A DNA stretch of 63,340 nt, filler included, from Octopus bimaculoides (Eukaryota), in NCBI RefSeq assembly GCF_001194135.2. It is 3 parts of 3 records of this genome, joined end to end, with 100 filler letters (N's around TTAATTAATTAA, not from the genome) between each part and the next. Parts side by side here need not be neighbours in the genome. Positions count along the whole stretch, not along the records: positions 1 to 29,645 come from NC_069000.1; 2 more parts are not named here. One strand, written 5' to 3'. Positions 12,776 to 26,900 of this stretch are shown piece by piece (position 1 is the stretch's first letter; each line of letters starts with the position of its first letter). The notes under the pieces are model-generated. The model saw only the letters and a list, made by a program, of their open reading frames with translations. It was not told the DNA's origin and searched no databases. The translations under genes and the position numbers were made by a program.

Positions 12776-13479
12776 GTCTGCGTTTGTGTTTCCACATTGC
12801 TTGACAACTAGTATTAGTTCGTTTAGTCCCCCGAAACCAAGCGGTTCGGCAAAACAGACTGATAAAATAAGTATCAAACATTAAATAAGTACTAAGGTAG
12901 GTTTGTTTGACTAAACACTTCGAGGTAGTGCTCCAGCTTGTTCGTAGTCAAATAAACTGAAACAAGCAAAATCCGTCTTTTAAAGCTCGCACAGACAGAA
13001 CATTATTTTTTTTCACGAGTGACAACAACGAAGGTAGCTGCAAGTTGTCTCATACCTGGGTATGCTTCAAAAATCACTCAGAAAAGATGGCAAATTCGGA
13101 CGGACAAATGTACTGTACAGTATAGAACAGTTGAAAATAAATGTGTGTGTATGTACGTGTGTGTTTGTGAGTTTGTGTAGTTAAATACGTATGTATGTAG
13201 CCTTAACACAGGGCCAATTTTATGCTACTACCTCCTTCGTTGCATAACTCTGAGCCTCATTAATCATCAATGGTCTTGAGGGAGGGGCTGGAAAGGCCAT
13301 GGACAATGTCCAACTACTTGACTTAACTTATATACTGGATCTTTTAGTAAAACACCCACTTCGATAAAATTTGCTTTGTGACAACACAAGGAACTTCTAC
13401 CAGGTCACTCGATCTGATAACAGCAAAATCTCACCCTAATCACACCCTATTGTCTTAAAGAAAGATGGATCCTTTAGAT

Positions 13480-13730
13480 CAGAGGTTCTCAACCATATTT
13501 TATCTATGGATCCCTTTGATATTTATTTTACTCTACGGGACTCCTATAGCCATTCGGCACTTAAAACATCCTGTTATATATCTATTTAAATATTACTAGA
13601 AATTGTATTAAAGATTTTGTTGAAATATTTTGTATATTGAAGATTAACCAATTTATTGCACAAAACATTTAAACAAAAATATCTTTAGTGGACCTCCACG
13701 AGTCATATGGACCTCGGTTAAGAACAACAG
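13480..13730. mobile_element. Charlie-like hAT MITE, decayed
   Basis: Ends CAGAGGTTCTCAACC / GGTTAAGAACAACAG; degenerate 8-bp TSD CTTTAGAT / CATTAAAT. Confidence 0.55.
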
Positions 13731-14234
13731 CATTAAATAATGACTCTCTAGAAACATTGGCTGACTAAAAGATGTTGGTTGCAGCTGTTTTCTATTTTGG
13801 GTTTGCATGGCCAAAGCAGGCTTAATAAGGGACATGAACAAAAGCGGCAGAAACAGCGGCAGTGGCGGCAGCAACAAAACCAGCAAAGACAGCAGGAACT
13901 ACAACAACAACAACGACGACGACGACGACGTCGACAAAACAACAAAACAACAAAACAACAACACATTACAATTTAAGAGAAAGGATTAAACGGAAAGATT
14001 CACCAGCGGGAAAATATTGATATTCATTCGGTGATATTTTTTTGCTCACATTCAAATCCATTTGCTATCCTCTTCCACAAAAAAATATAGTAATTTGAGA
14101 TATTTAAAATATTTTAACCTTTTCCTTTATTTTTCTTTTTATACGTTATACAAAAATAAACACCATTTTGTATTTGATTTAAAAGAAACAACTTTATTTC
14201 TTCATCTGATATTTTTGACGGCTTTTTGCAAAGG

Positions 14235-14271
<37 letters not shown>

Positions 14272-14354
14272 TCTCACACACATTCCTTCTCTCTCATACA
14301 CACATACACACACTGTCTCTGTCTATCTCTCTCACATGTTTTGTGTGAACGTGC

Positions 14355-14410
<56 letters not shown>

Positions 14411-14992
14411 ATGTATGTATATATGTGTGTGTGTGTATGCCTATGTCACTATATATACATCTAAGTATATATATATAGAGAGAGAGAGAGAGAAAGAAGA
14501 TCGCGAAAGTGCAAAATGTAAAGAAAGAAATCGGAAAAATGAGAATTGTAAAAAGTGCGTAATAGCAGGTCTAACATAAAATGGTGGTTACTTTCCTTGT
14601 ATTAGAGTTTAGTGAATTATCCAGCGAGCGTGAGAGAGAGAGAGGATGGGAGAGAGACGGGGAGGGATAAGGTGGGATGAAGCGTGAGCGTGGGGGATTT
14701 GAATAAGTTGAGGTTAAATAAATATGCATTTATAAAGTGGATTTTGATTTCCATTCCAACGGAGAATTCATATGAACAGAAATATACACAAGCATATATG
14801 TATTCACTTCCCAATTAATATAAATACGCATTCTTTCTCTCTCTCTCTCTCAAACAGACACATACACACGCACTCACACTCACACACACATTCATCCGCA
14901 CTCACACACGTAGACACACACAGACACTCTGACACACACAGCCACTCTGACACACACAAACACGCACTTAGTTAAAAATAGGTATTATTAAA

Positions 14993-15167
14993 TGTGAGGG
15001 GCACTGAAAAGCTCCTGACTTTAAGGGTGTCGCGAAAGGCCTAGCTGGAGGTCCAACTTTCCGAGTTTTTTACAGGACTTCGAAAAACTGAAGGACCGCT
15101 GCAATAAGTGTGTATCCTCCTGTATTTTCTTTTACCCAAAGCCAGGAACTTTTCAGCACCCCACGTA
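14993..15167. mobile_element. mariner-derived MITE
   Basis: Imperfect ~30-bp TIRs TGTGAGGGGCACTGAAAAGCTCCTGACTTT / AAAGCCAGGAACTTTTCAGCACCCCACGTA in a TA context. Confidence 0.7.
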
Positions 15168-16906
15168 TATTAAACAGCAACCAGAGCCTGCATAAGGGAA
15201 TCAATGGATACAGTTTTCAGACTGCAACTTCGAAATTGGACACAAGCACAAACATATCGCTATGCATATGTAAATATCTAAGGAGTGCGTTGCGTTACGT
15301 GGATAATATTTTCAAAAGTCAAATGAGTATAGTAATAAAGAAACAGACCGAAAAACATATATTAAATGCACTGAATGTACAGACGAACGGAGAACGAATA
15401 CAGAAGGTCACCAATTCCTTATCAGTTAACGAACAAAGTGTCGAGTGCAATTTCGTGCCATTATCGATAATATTGCAGCTATCCTGGAGGCAACCAGCAA
15501 GAGAACTTGCTGGGCATGCGACCAAAACATAACAAAACAAGACGGACAAAGGAGGAATGAGGACAAAAATAAATAAATAAAACGAAATAAATAAACAGAA
15601 TATGGCCTTAGGGCCAGGCGAAAACAAAAAAAAAAATACATATACGACAAAAAAATAATAATATATATGCAACAAAAAAAGCCGTAGGCTGTCTATTTGT
15701 CGATCTATTTATCTGTCTATTCGTAAGGACAAAGCTTCGCGAAAACAAAATAAAGTACTGGAAATACAGTACTTCGTGAAGTAACTTGGCGATGCTGGTG
15801 ACGGTAGTGGGAGTGGTGGTGGCAGTGGCAGTGATGGTGGTGTTGGCGGTGGCAGTGATGATGGTGGTCGTGATATTTGGTGTTCATAGTAGTAATGGTG
15901 GTAGTGTTAGTTGTGGTAATAATGGTGATGACGGTGGTGGTAGTTGTGGTAATGATGATGGTGGTGGTTGTGGTAGTGATGGTGGTAGTGGTGATACATG
16001 AGGTGGTTGACGGTGGTTAGTGCTCAAATGTTTGTTAAAAACAGGAGCACTTTTGATTATAGGCCTGCTGGATCAAGGCCAACCCGCGGTTATACAACAT
16101 TAACATCAATAACAATCCGACCCTGTGTCTCTGCTAAGAACCAACATAGATAAATTTAGGAAATGGTATTTCCTCTTGTCATTTTACCTCTTCTTCCGTT
16201 TGCTGGTGTTAACTATCAGATACACAGGATGGAGATATCAGTACCTCATTCGAACTAGTATTATTGCTGCAGACGTGTCGAAGCGTGAATGCTCACCGCT
16301 CGCTTCAATAGTCACTTGATATTCTCCAATGTAGCTGATTTATCGTAAGCAGCTGGTTTGTGTTAGCTAACATCGATTATTGTTGGCTTTGAATATATAT
16401 GCATATATATATATATATATATATANNNNNNNNNNNNNNNNNNNNNNNNNNNNNNNNNNNNNNNNNNNNNNNNNNNNNNNNNNNNNNNNNNNNNNNNNNN
16501 NNNNNNNNNNNNNNNNNNNNNNNNNNNNNNNNNNNNNNNNNNNNNNNNNNNNNNNNNNNNNNNNNNNNNNNNNNNNNNNNNNNNNNNNNNNNNNNNNNNN
16601 NNNNNNNNNNNNNNNNNNNNNNNNNNNNNNNNNNNNNNNNNNNNNNNNNNNNNNNNNNNNNNNNNNNNNNNNNNNNNNNNNNNNNNNNNNNNNNNNNNNN
16701 NNNNNNNNNNNNNNNNNNNNNNNNNNNNNNNNNNNNNNNNNNNNNNNNNNNNNNNNNNNNNNNNNNNNNNNNNNNNNNNNNNNNNNNNNNNNNNNNNNNN
16801 NNNNNNNNNTCGTAAGCAGCTGGTTTGTGTTAGCTAACATCGATTATTGTTGGCTTTGAATATATATGCATATACGTATACACAATTATATTTGTGCACA
16901 TATGTA

Positions 16907-17790
16907 AGGCGATCTGGCAGAATGGTTAGCACGCCGGGCAAAATACGGGATTTCGTCCGTCTTTGTGTTCTGATTTCAAATACTGCCGAGGTCGACTTTG
17001 CCTTTCATCCTTTCGGTATCGATTAAGTAAGTACCAGTTGAACACTGGGGGTCGTTGTAATCGACTTCACCCCGTTTCCCGAAATTGTTTGCGAAAATTG
17101 AACTCAGATCGTAAAATGAGACGGAATCTCACTAATCAGTTTATCCAGGGTGTTAACGATTCTGCCCGTTCATCAACTTAACTGTAGCTATAATTAACTG
17201 TTATATTTCGTTGTCTTCTAATTAACTGCTAAACTGTAATTGATTATAATTAACTCTTACAAGTTATTGGGTTATACTTTGCTGTTATAATGTATGTATC
17301 ATAATTAGCACTCATTATCTCTATTTACTGTTTCATAACCGGCTTTGTTATAAATTATCCTGTTGTATTTTACTTTTATAAACTTACTTTAATTAATTAC
17401 TGTTATATAATGCGGCGAGCATGCAGAATCTTCACTGCACCGGATAAAATGCTTAGCGGTATTTCTTCAAGATTTACCTTCTGGGTAAAAGTCACCGACG
17501 TCGACTTTGTTATTCAGCTTTTCGGGGTCGATTAAATAAGTATCAGTTGAACAACAGAGTCAATGTTATCGACAAGCTTTCTCCAATAACATTCAGGCCT
17601 TGTGCCTAAGGTAGAAAGAATTGTTATATATGGCTGCGTGTGAGCTGGTAGAATCTTTAGCGCATCCGACGCTATGCTTTACAGCTTTTCTTCTGGCTGT
17701 CTACGTTTTGATTTCAAATTCTACCTTTTATGTTTGGGGGTGGGGCGATAAAATAAGTGTCAGTCAAATACTGAGGTCGGTGTTGAAATG
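16907..17790 (+). mobile_element. Cluster of SINE family A copies (16907-17090, 17410-17620, 17630-17790) plus a reverse fragment near 17095-17175
   Basis: Repeated family A motifs. Confidence 0.75.
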
Positions 17791-18129
17791 CTGTTTGATT
17801 TTTTTTCACTGTAGAATTTCCATCCCACTATCAGTTTGCCATCACCTCTTCCTTCCTTATTCATCTATCACCTCCTTCATTTCTCATTCATATGTTGTGA
17901 CGAAGAAAAACACAAGAATATTATTATAGTAGATGTATGAATGCCAGGAAAATATCTTCTGTGTATCAGGACAGGCAAAGGGTTAATTTATTGTTCATAA
18001 TAATATACATATATTAATAAATGACTGTTATAACTGACTTTTACAATTCACAGTTTATAATTCGCTTTAGGATTTACTGTAATATTTCTTGCGTTATAAT
18101 TTTTCTTTCTGAGATACCTTTGCCTGTTT

Positions 18130-18320
18130 TAGTCATTGGACTGCGGCCATGCTGGGACACCGCCTTGAATCGACCTCAATACTTAGTTTTAAACCTTGTA
18201 CTTATCATACCGGTCTTCTTTGCTGAAGCGCTAAGTTACGGAAACAGAAACAAACCAACACTTGTTGTTAAGTGGTGGTGGGGAGCAAACACAACACAAG
18301 CACAAAGGCACACATACATA
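18130..18320 (+). mobile_element. Interspersed repeat family F (GTCATTGGACTGCGGCCATGCTGG...CGCTAAGTTACG)
   Basis: Related copies at 12790-12960, 30740-30930, 61980-62170, 62250-62590. Confidence 0.65.
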
Positions 18321-18330
18321 CATACATTAA

Positions 18331-18562
18331 GGGCGGCGAGCTGGCAGAAACGTTAGCACGCCGGGCGAAATGCTTAGCGGTATTTCGTCTGGCGTTACGT
18401 TCTGAGTTCAAATTCCGCCGAGGTCGACTTTGCCCTTCATCCTTTCGGGGTCGATTAAATAAGTACCAGTTACGCACTGGGGTCGATATAATCGACTTAA
18501 TCCGTTTGTCTGTCTTTGTTTGTCCCCTCTGTGTGTAGCCCCTTGTGGGTAGTAAAGAAATA
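18331..18562 (+). mobile_element. SINE family A, consensus-like CpG-rich copy
   Basis: GGGCGGCGAGCTGGCAGAAACGTTAGCACGCCGGGCGAAATGCTTAGCGG...GAGTTCAAATTCCGCCGAGGTCGAC. Confidence 0.9.
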
Positions 18563-18567
18563 ACACA

Positions 18568-18599
<32 letters not shown>

Positions 18600-18849
18600 A
18601 TAGCAGAAGACACTTGACCAAAGTATAACGTAGTGGGACTGAGCTCGAAACCTTGTGGTTAGGAACTAAAGTCCTTATCAACAGCTATGTCAGCGCCTAT
18701 AATTAATCCGTTATAATTCTATTTTTAATTTCACTTAATTACAATCTACTGTGGTATTATTAATTGCATTATAATCAGTGATCCCTCTAATTTCTGAGAA
18801 TGTATTACTTAAAATTTTATTATGAAATTATACGATTAATTACTTTAGT

Positions 18850-19520
18850 CTTCTCAGTTTCTTAAATTGCTGGATCGAATTCAGAATCGAGTCGTTAATA
18901 TGGTGGGTCCTTTTCTGCCTACTAAGCTGCAGTCTTTGGCTCATTGTCAAAATGTATCTTTGTTGAGTCCCTTCTACAAATATTTCCATTATCACTGCTC
19001 TGATAAACCTTCTGGTCTAGTACTCTCTGTCAAGACCTTTAAAAGTGTCGCCCGCTTTTTTTTCCTAGCCACATCATTTCTCTATTGAGCTTTTCCGTAA
19101 CTCATGAGTCCTTTCATTCTAATAGCTTGAACCGATGATCTCTGGAACTCACTACTATCATCTTATTTTCCTTTGGAGTGTGACAGTCAGTCCTTTAAGC
19201 TTTCTGTCAATCGATATCTTTTGAATTTGTTGGCCTCATCCTTTCCTACTTTGAAAAAAGCACAATATAACTGAATACATTATAGTAGTAAATCATACAC
19301 ATACTTTTTCACGTCTGGCCGTATAGCCTTTTTTGCTTATTTCACTGTTTCGTTTTCCTGTCTTGTATTCCGTCCGCCACTATCCTCCATGGAACAAATT
19401 TAATTTGTGTCCGCGGGAAGAGCCATTTTAATGATGCGTCCTGCCCTAACTCTTCGAAACGCCAGTGTTATAATGGTGGCAGCTGATGAAGGAAATGTTC
19501 TCTAAGTGGCCTGTGTTTTT
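18850..19520 (+). mobile_element. 3' end of a CR1/Jockey-like LINE, decayed
   Basis: LDRIQNRVVNMVG...KLQSLAHCQNVSLLSPFYKYFH resembles the post-RT region LDRVQRRA...LQSLAHRRNVSSLSLFYRYFH recalled for such LINEs. Confidence 0.6.
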
Positions 19521-21163
19521 TTTGTACCTTGTTTATCATTTTGTCCATGTTTTTTTGCAACGTCATGTACCCAGATATGCATCTATATATACATGTAGAT
19601 GAAGGTATGTACATACATGTACATATATATGCATATACTCATATATATATATATATATATATATATANNNNNNNNNNNNNNNNNNNNNNNNNNNNNNNNN
19701 NNNNNNNNNNNNNNNNNNNNNNNNNNNNNNNNNNNNNNNNNNNNNNNNNNNNNNNNNNNNNNNNNNNNNNNNNNNNNNNNNNNNNNNNNNNNNNNNNNNN
19801 NNNNNNNNNNNNNNNNNNNNNNNNNNNNNNNNNNNNNNNNNNNNNNNNNNNNNNNNNNNNNNNNNNNNNNNNNNNNNNNNNNNNNNNNNNNNNNNNNNNN
19901 NNNNNNNNNNNNNNNNNNNNNNNNNNNNNNNNNNNNNNNNNNNNNNNNNNNNNNNNNNNNNNNNNNNNNNNNNNNNNNNNNNNNNNNNNNNNNNNNNNNN
20001 NNNNNNNNNNNNNNNNNNNNNNNNNNNNNNNNNNNNNNNNNNNNNNNNNNNNNNNNNNNNNNNNNNNNNNNNNNNNNNNNNNNNNNNNNNNNNNNNNNNN
20101 NNNNNNNNNNNNNNNNNNNNNNNNNNNNNNNNNNNNNNNNNNNNNNNNNNNNNNNNNNNNNNNNNNNNNNNNNNNNNNNNNNNNNNNNNNNNNNNNNNNN
20201 NNNNNNNNNNNNNNNNNNNNNNNNNNNNNNNNNNNNNNNNNNNNNNNNNNNNNNNNNNNNNNNNNNNNNNNNNNNNNNNNNNNNNNNNNNNNNNNNNNNN
20301 NNNNNNNNNNNNNNNNNNNNNNNNNNNNNNNNNNNNNNNNNNNNNNNNNNNNNNNNNNNNNNNNNNNNNNNNNNNNNNNNNNNNNNNNNNNNNNNNNNNN
20401 NNNNNNNNNNNNNNNNNNNNNNNNNNNNNNNNNNNNNNNNNNNNNNNNNNNNNNNNNNNNNNNNNNNNNNNNNNNNNNNNNNNNNNNNNNNNNNNNNATT
20501 TATTCGTGAGAATGATTTTATGATATAAACAACACTATATGTCAACGTTAAGAAAAGTTTAACCTTATACTAAATCCGTAATTAAATGCACGAAGATGTT
20601 CATCACTCTTTTTACATATAAACAAATTTCAGCTGTCGGCCGTAGGTAAAATCTATTACGCAGCAGAACAATTCTTGCTGCACAACAGATGTTGGTGTCT
20701 TTCTTGCCAAAGAAGTCTCACCAATTCGAATTGGCTTCTTAACTTCTAAATTTTACTGAATGCATCAAGTTTTTTTGTGTGAAGCTAGCGATACTTAGTC
20801 GTCTGTTTCTCACAAATTTATTTTTGTCTTAAATTTTGTCTTAATATTTTTTGTCTTAAATATTATGACTTCAATCCATAATATAGATATAACTGTCTAT
20901 TCACTGTACTAATGAGATATAAAGTCATCCAAATATTTATGTTCTTATAAGCGATATAGAGTAATTTAACATGAAATGGATTTAAATGTTGATATAAAAA
21001 GAATAAATGATAGTAAATAACAAGGGATGGATAATTTTTTTCATATATGTGATATGAAATATATAATATTAACAGAATATGAATCTTTGCCATATGCTTT
21101 ATATTAAATATTGAATAAGCCAATGACATTTTAAGTTAGTCATAATGTGTATATATGTATGCG

Positions 21164-21225
<62 letters not shown>

Positions 21226-21260
21226 CTTCACTTCCTCATACCCCTCTGTCTGTCTGTCTA

Positions 21261-21299
<39 letters not shown>

Positions 21300-22659
21300 G
21301 CACATATGTACATATGTATGTATTTATAAATATGTGTGTGTATGTATGTGTGTATATATGTATGTATATATGTATATATATATATATATATATATGTTTA
21401 TGTGTATATATATATAAACATATGTATATATATATAATTATATTTATATATATGTATATACATGTGCGTATATATGTATATATACATATATACATAAATA
21501 CATATAAATATATATATAATATATATTACATGCACATACAGACACACACACACAAACAGACACGCACAGACTGGTTGAACAACACACCAGGCGATAATTA
21601 AGGTCCTAGTGAACACAAATCTTAAAATATATTTGACTCTACTCTCAATATTAAGCCTTCTGTTAGTAAATATTCAGTTGCTACTCTTAAACTTGCATTA
21701 AACTATAAACCTCGAGTTAGCATGCACCCCACCCCACTCCACCCACACACCCCACACTCACAGACATACATACACGTACGTACTTAGCTTTTTTATACGT
21801 AATTTACACTTACGTGTAAAATTTTAATATATGTTTCTATTTTGAAGTGTCCATTCACTTTTCCANNNNNNNNNNNNNNNNNNNNNNNNNNNNNNNNNNN
21901 NNNNNNNNNNNNNNNNNNNNNNNNNNNNNNNNNNNNNNNNNNNNNNNNNNNNNNNNNNNNNNNNNNNNNNNNNNNNNNNNNNNNNNNNNNNNNNNNNNNN
22001 NNNNNNNNNNNNNNNNNNNNNNNNNNNNNNNNNNNNNNNNNNNNNNNNNNNNNNNNNNNNNNNNNNNNNNATATATATATATATATATATAATACGTACA
22101 TATATAATGTACACACCCAACACACACATCTCTATGGCATATATATATGATTCGAAATTAATAAGGGAAGTATATACTGTTGGTATATAGTTTTAGATAA
22201 TTATTTTCGACTAATGTTTGTATGTAGTTCTTGACTTTTTTTTCACATGTTTAAGAAGCTCTTGTGATTTAATCCATTAAGACCTCTTTATTAACCGTAG
22301 ACTGCGAAATTCTTAGGAATTCGCTTGAAGACGCAAATAAAATATTCCATTCGTAACGCTGGTAATTATAGGGGATGGCGGGCTGGCAAGGAGTGGTGTA
22401 ACAACTTAATCTGTTGCTATAATATTCTTTTCTTTCTCTAACATTTGGAGTTCAAATCCCGCTCGTGTAAGTTTTTTTTTGTTTAATTTTGACCTTCTTG
22501 GGTCGGACGATTAAAATAAGTACTTTTCAAATAATGGAATTTTCACTGTCGTCAGATACAAAACGAAAATTGCTCGCGGACATAAAATATGACAATTCAG
22601 AAAGGCATTAATGCTACATGATAATTCTATCCCATGCAGCGGTTGTAACACATGCATGT

Positions 22660-22900
22660 ATGTATATTTGTATGTATGTATGTATGTATGTATGTATGTA
22701 TGTATGTATGTATGTACGTATGTATGTATGTATGCATGTATGTATGTATGTATGTACGTACGTACGTACGTACGTACTTATGTATGTATGTATGTATGTA
22801 TGTACGTACGTATGTATGTATGTATGTATGTATGTATGTATGTATGTATGTATGTATGTATGTACGTACGTACGTACGTACGTACGTACGTACGTACGTA
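22660..22900. repeat. (GTAT)n interspersed with (GTAC)n tetranucleotide satellite
   Basis: Direct reading; explains ORFs 22611-23008. Confidence 0.95.
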
Positions 22901-22904
22901 CCGC

Positions 22905-23530
22905 CTGTAGTCCCTGAGAGCAGTGCCGATCATTTCTATGTGTTTATGATCCGACACCATTTCGGTGACATCGTCGGCGTATGTCGACATGCATCTCGCA
23001 CATCTTAAGTCACGTGGGATGCCTCTCAACGCCTCCTGTTTGTGTAGTAGTGGCTCGAGAGTCAATACGTACAAGAGAGACGAGAGGGGATGACTTTGCC
23101 GGACCGAGTGCATGAAGTTGAACGCTCTGAGAGGTGACCGTTCACTCTGATCCCTGAACAGATGTCACTGTGCATTGCAGCGATCCAGTCCCTAAATATA
23201 GGCCCGAAACCAGCTGACTTGTGGGCCGCTGCCAGGTATAGATGGTCGATCCTATCGAACGCTTTAGACTGATCTAAATTGATCATGGCCCCACCCGTGC
23301 CAGGTTCTTTATCGACTTTCTCAATGATGTATCGCATGAGGGAGAGGTTGTCGTGGATGGGTCTTTTCGGGATGGCACGTGTCTGTGCCTCCCATACCAG
23401 ATCCCCGACGACAAGCGCCAACCTCGTAGCTAACACCTTGACTAACATTTTGAACTCTGCATTCAGCAGAGTTATGGGCCTAAAGTTGTCAATACAAATC
23501 CTTTCTTTGTTAACCACTGAGGGTTCATAT
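22905..23530 (-). mobile_element. Tx1/L1-clade LINE reverse-transcriptase fragment, frameshifted
   Basis: NFRPITLLNAEFK, INLDQSKAFDRIDH, IRVNGHLSE in ORF 23062..23604, then SVRQSHPLSSLLY and TYADDVT in ORF 22778..23113: RT motifs across one frameshift. Confidence 0.9.
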
Positions 23531-23747
23531 AAAAGATTGGGGACGGTACAGGACAATGCAATACATGTAGAGTGGGATTGAATAGTGTAAAAAAGAACTA
23601 ACAATAAAAATTATAACAAATAAATCTCCAAAAGAGGGAGACTTTCAAGGGTTCCTCGTGGAAACCTCATAAAAGACCATGGTCACCCTGAAGTTAAGGA
23701 CAAGTGCCGTCTCCACTTCTAGAGGTGCATGCTTAGAAAGTAATGAT

Positions 23748-23961
23748 GTTGATTTCAAATTCTGGTACAAGGCCAGCATATTCGAGGGAGGGGATAAGCC
23801 GATTCTAGCAATCTCAGTGCTCAACTGGTACTTATTTTATCGACCCGGGAAGATGAAAGGCAAAGTCGACCGCGGCGGATTTTCAACTCAGAACGTAACG
23901 TCGGAGGAAATGCCACAACGCATTTTGCTCGGTGTGCTAACGATTCTACCAGCTCGCAGGC

Positions 23962-24031
<70 letters not shown>

Positions 24032-24075
24032 TAATAATAACAACAAGAACAGCAAGAACAACAACAACAACAATA
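23748..24075 (-). mobile_element. SINE family A copy with adjacent (AAT)n/(AAC)n tract
   Basis: Reverse family A body at 23748-23962; (AAT)n at 23965-24075. Confidence 0.8.
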
Positions 24076-24889
24076 ATCTACGCAGAGCAGCACTTTTTGC
24101 ATACCAATAGACTTGCGAAACCCTCCACCAAACCTTGTATTGTTTTAAAGGAACAAGAACTGACTGATAATGAAGTGAAAAAGAGAAATGAAAGTTTAAG
24201 AAACAAACAGAAACTCCAGTAAGATCATGTCGTCACCCCACCCCCTTTCCGCCACCGCCACTTCGAACAACAACAAAAGCAACAATATGTGAATACAAAA
24301 TGAAACAAAACAGTAAACATTGGACTCCAAGATGAGAAGAAAATTTCGAGATAAAGAGGAATTAATGTTATTGAAGGAAGATTTCATCTTCTATTGAAAA
24401 AAATTCCCCGCGGGACAGTTTCTGCCTCAGCACCGCTGCTAAATTTGTAGCGGTGTCATATGTTGCGTGTGTCGCTATAGATGTTGAAAATAAATGAAGA
24501 AGTCTACTTGTTTTTGTTTTTTTTTACACAAAATCCAAACTAAATAAAACGAAAAAACCTCAGCCCAGATGCATTTATCACTTAAAGTGTGTGGCATTTC
24601 TCATGTTTTTCGTTTTCCTCACATGTGCTTTGGTGTAGCAGGAAACAGATAATCAGAGACAGAGGTGGAGCAGGTACTGGTGGGGATGGTAGAGGCAGCA
24701 TAGCAATAATGATGATGGTGATGGTGGTGGTGGTGGTGGTGGAGTTAGAATATAAGGAGAGATATTCCGAACGAAAGAGAGAAGTTATAAAGGGGGGATC
24801 GTGTTGGGAAGGGGATAAAAACGCAGCTTGGATCTTAAAATAACAATGTATGAAACAACTAAAACGTGTAATAAACGAAGGTGTATGTG

Positions 24890-24899
24890 TAATAATAAT

Positions 24900-24986
<87 letters not shown>

Positions 24987-25020
24987 TATTATTATTATTA
25001 TTATCATCATTATTATTATT
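24890..25020. repeat. (AAC)n(AAT)n(TAT)n microsatellite
   Basis: Direct reading. Confidence 0.95.
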
Positions 25021-26689
25021 TAAAGCTAAGCTTCTTAGATTTTGTTACCTAGAGTTTCTCGTTGATTATTCAAACAATTGAAGAAAAAGGCTGCGTGACA
25101 ATATATAAGCAAAAATATTTGTAAATACATCGAAATATGATTAATCATTAAGATCTAATTGGTTGCGTGATATTTCGATGTTTCAGTATCATATGTATAA
25201 AACACGCAAAAATCAAGAGAGCGAATTATTATTAATGAAAATTTAGTGTTGGGGAATAATTGAATGCGTTTATAAAAATACGTGATGATATTTATGAGTA
25301 AGCTCGATCCAAGATCTGGGAAATGAACCATTTTAAGCAAATGTTATTTAGAATTCTTGAAAAATATCGATGGAAATGTTTGCAAGAATTCACCAATTCT
25401 GAATTTTTGTTTACAATTACAAAATACTTCTTCTAAAGCCATCAATGATGGTGATAGGTGTTATGTGAAACACTAATCGGTATATAACTAGCAATATTAT
25501 AATCCTTTAAACACTACATATATTTGGAAAGTGGAGTGGCGAAGCATTTCCTGAGTGTGGGTCTGTAGTTATGTCCAATCTGTTCTATCCAATTGGCATT
25601 TAATATAGAAAGGATAGCAAGAAATTTTGCTGAATTGCAGAGGGTAACTGAGAATGATTCCTGTTAGTGGCATGGGAATGCTACCTAAGTAGACAGCGAA
25701 GAACAAATCTTCAGCAATCACTGAAATAAAGTAGTCGTTGGATGATAGCAACGATCTCTGGATTGGAAAGGTAAGTGCATGGTTGAAAGGAGGGAGAAAA
25801 CCTGGCTATGATATGAGTTAAAAACCCAAGTTGCATCGATGGTGTTGGTACAATAGCAAGAAGTAATACTGCCGGAGGATACAAAATTATTGTGTCCGTT
25901 AATTGATAACTGATGAGAGGGAATGTTTTGCAATACACGGTATGTGTACACACGCATGTACACACGCGCGCGCGCACATACACATACATACATATACATA
26001 CACCTTTGAAAGTTAAGTCTTTCGATTCGCAGAAACAGTATAGAGTCAGCTACAAGGTGTGATCCACCAATATGAACACTGAATGATAGTCTGGTATTTC
26101 AAATCCACTTAGAAAATAATTCCGAGAATCAACGAGTTAACTCCCCTATTAACAGATGTTAATATCAGCAGAGTTATGTCCCCTGCTTCTTTCAACATCT
26201 GGTTGTATTCCGAATAGCAGAAATTGTTTTATCATCACGTGATTTGGCTGATCCACTGAGAGCCCGGATTACGAGCAACCAGTGAGACTCCCTTTTCAAG
26301 TTGAACACGGCCAACGGTCATGTGAAGAATGAAGCGCAAGTATACTTTATTTTCTAAGTAATCTCAGTTCGGTTGCACCTATCTCTAAAACAAAGTAAAA
26401 CATTAGAAAAATACGTTACACATCCATTTATTTAATTATCATATGCAGAATCCGTGATTCATCTACTTACATACGAAACATGATATTTTCATGTTTCAAT
26501 ATCATATGTATAAAACACACAGAAAATAAAGAAAGTGATCATTAACGAAATTTTGGTGTAGCGGAATAACTGAATTCTTTTTATATATGTGACGATGTTT
26601 CTGTGTATAGTCAATTCAAGATGTGGGAAAAACTCTGTTTTAAGAAATTGCTAGAAATTCTTGGAGAACATATCGATGGAATTGTTTGC

Positions 26690-26900
26690 AAGGATCTACC
26701 AACCAGATATCAATCCAGATGTGCAAAACAATAATCTAGCAGAGGTTGAACTTCCAACTACGAAATATTCATATGTTTTCAGAGATACTATGATACTTAT
26801 TTTCTGAAAAGCAAGTCAAATCATCTTGTGATTAAACCATTATGGAGAATATGGTGTCCCTGGGAGTGTTTGCAAGATCCAATGAGAACGAGTCCGTATT
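26690..26900 (+). mobile_element. Possible very old RTE reverse-transcriptase remnant
   Basis: Broken translation ...NHYGEYGVPGSVCKI resembles the RTE region after KAFDSV (L..YGVP...I). Confidence 0.3.

Noticed and set aside
13040-13100. Minus-strand segment with good acceptor and CAG|gtatga donor
   Set aside because: Stops in all three frames and no partner exon found.
15110-15532. 140-aa ORF
   Set aside because: Starts inside a mariner MITE, no recognisable domain or splice support.
19440-19500. GAAAC...CTGATGAAG resembling a permuted hammerhead
   Set aside because: No NUH triplet or stem I; lies in the 3' end of a LINE.
1968-22150. Long ORFs of 100-340 aa containing X runs or HT/YI/CV/MYVC repeats
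   Set aside because: Read-through of N gaps and microsatellites.
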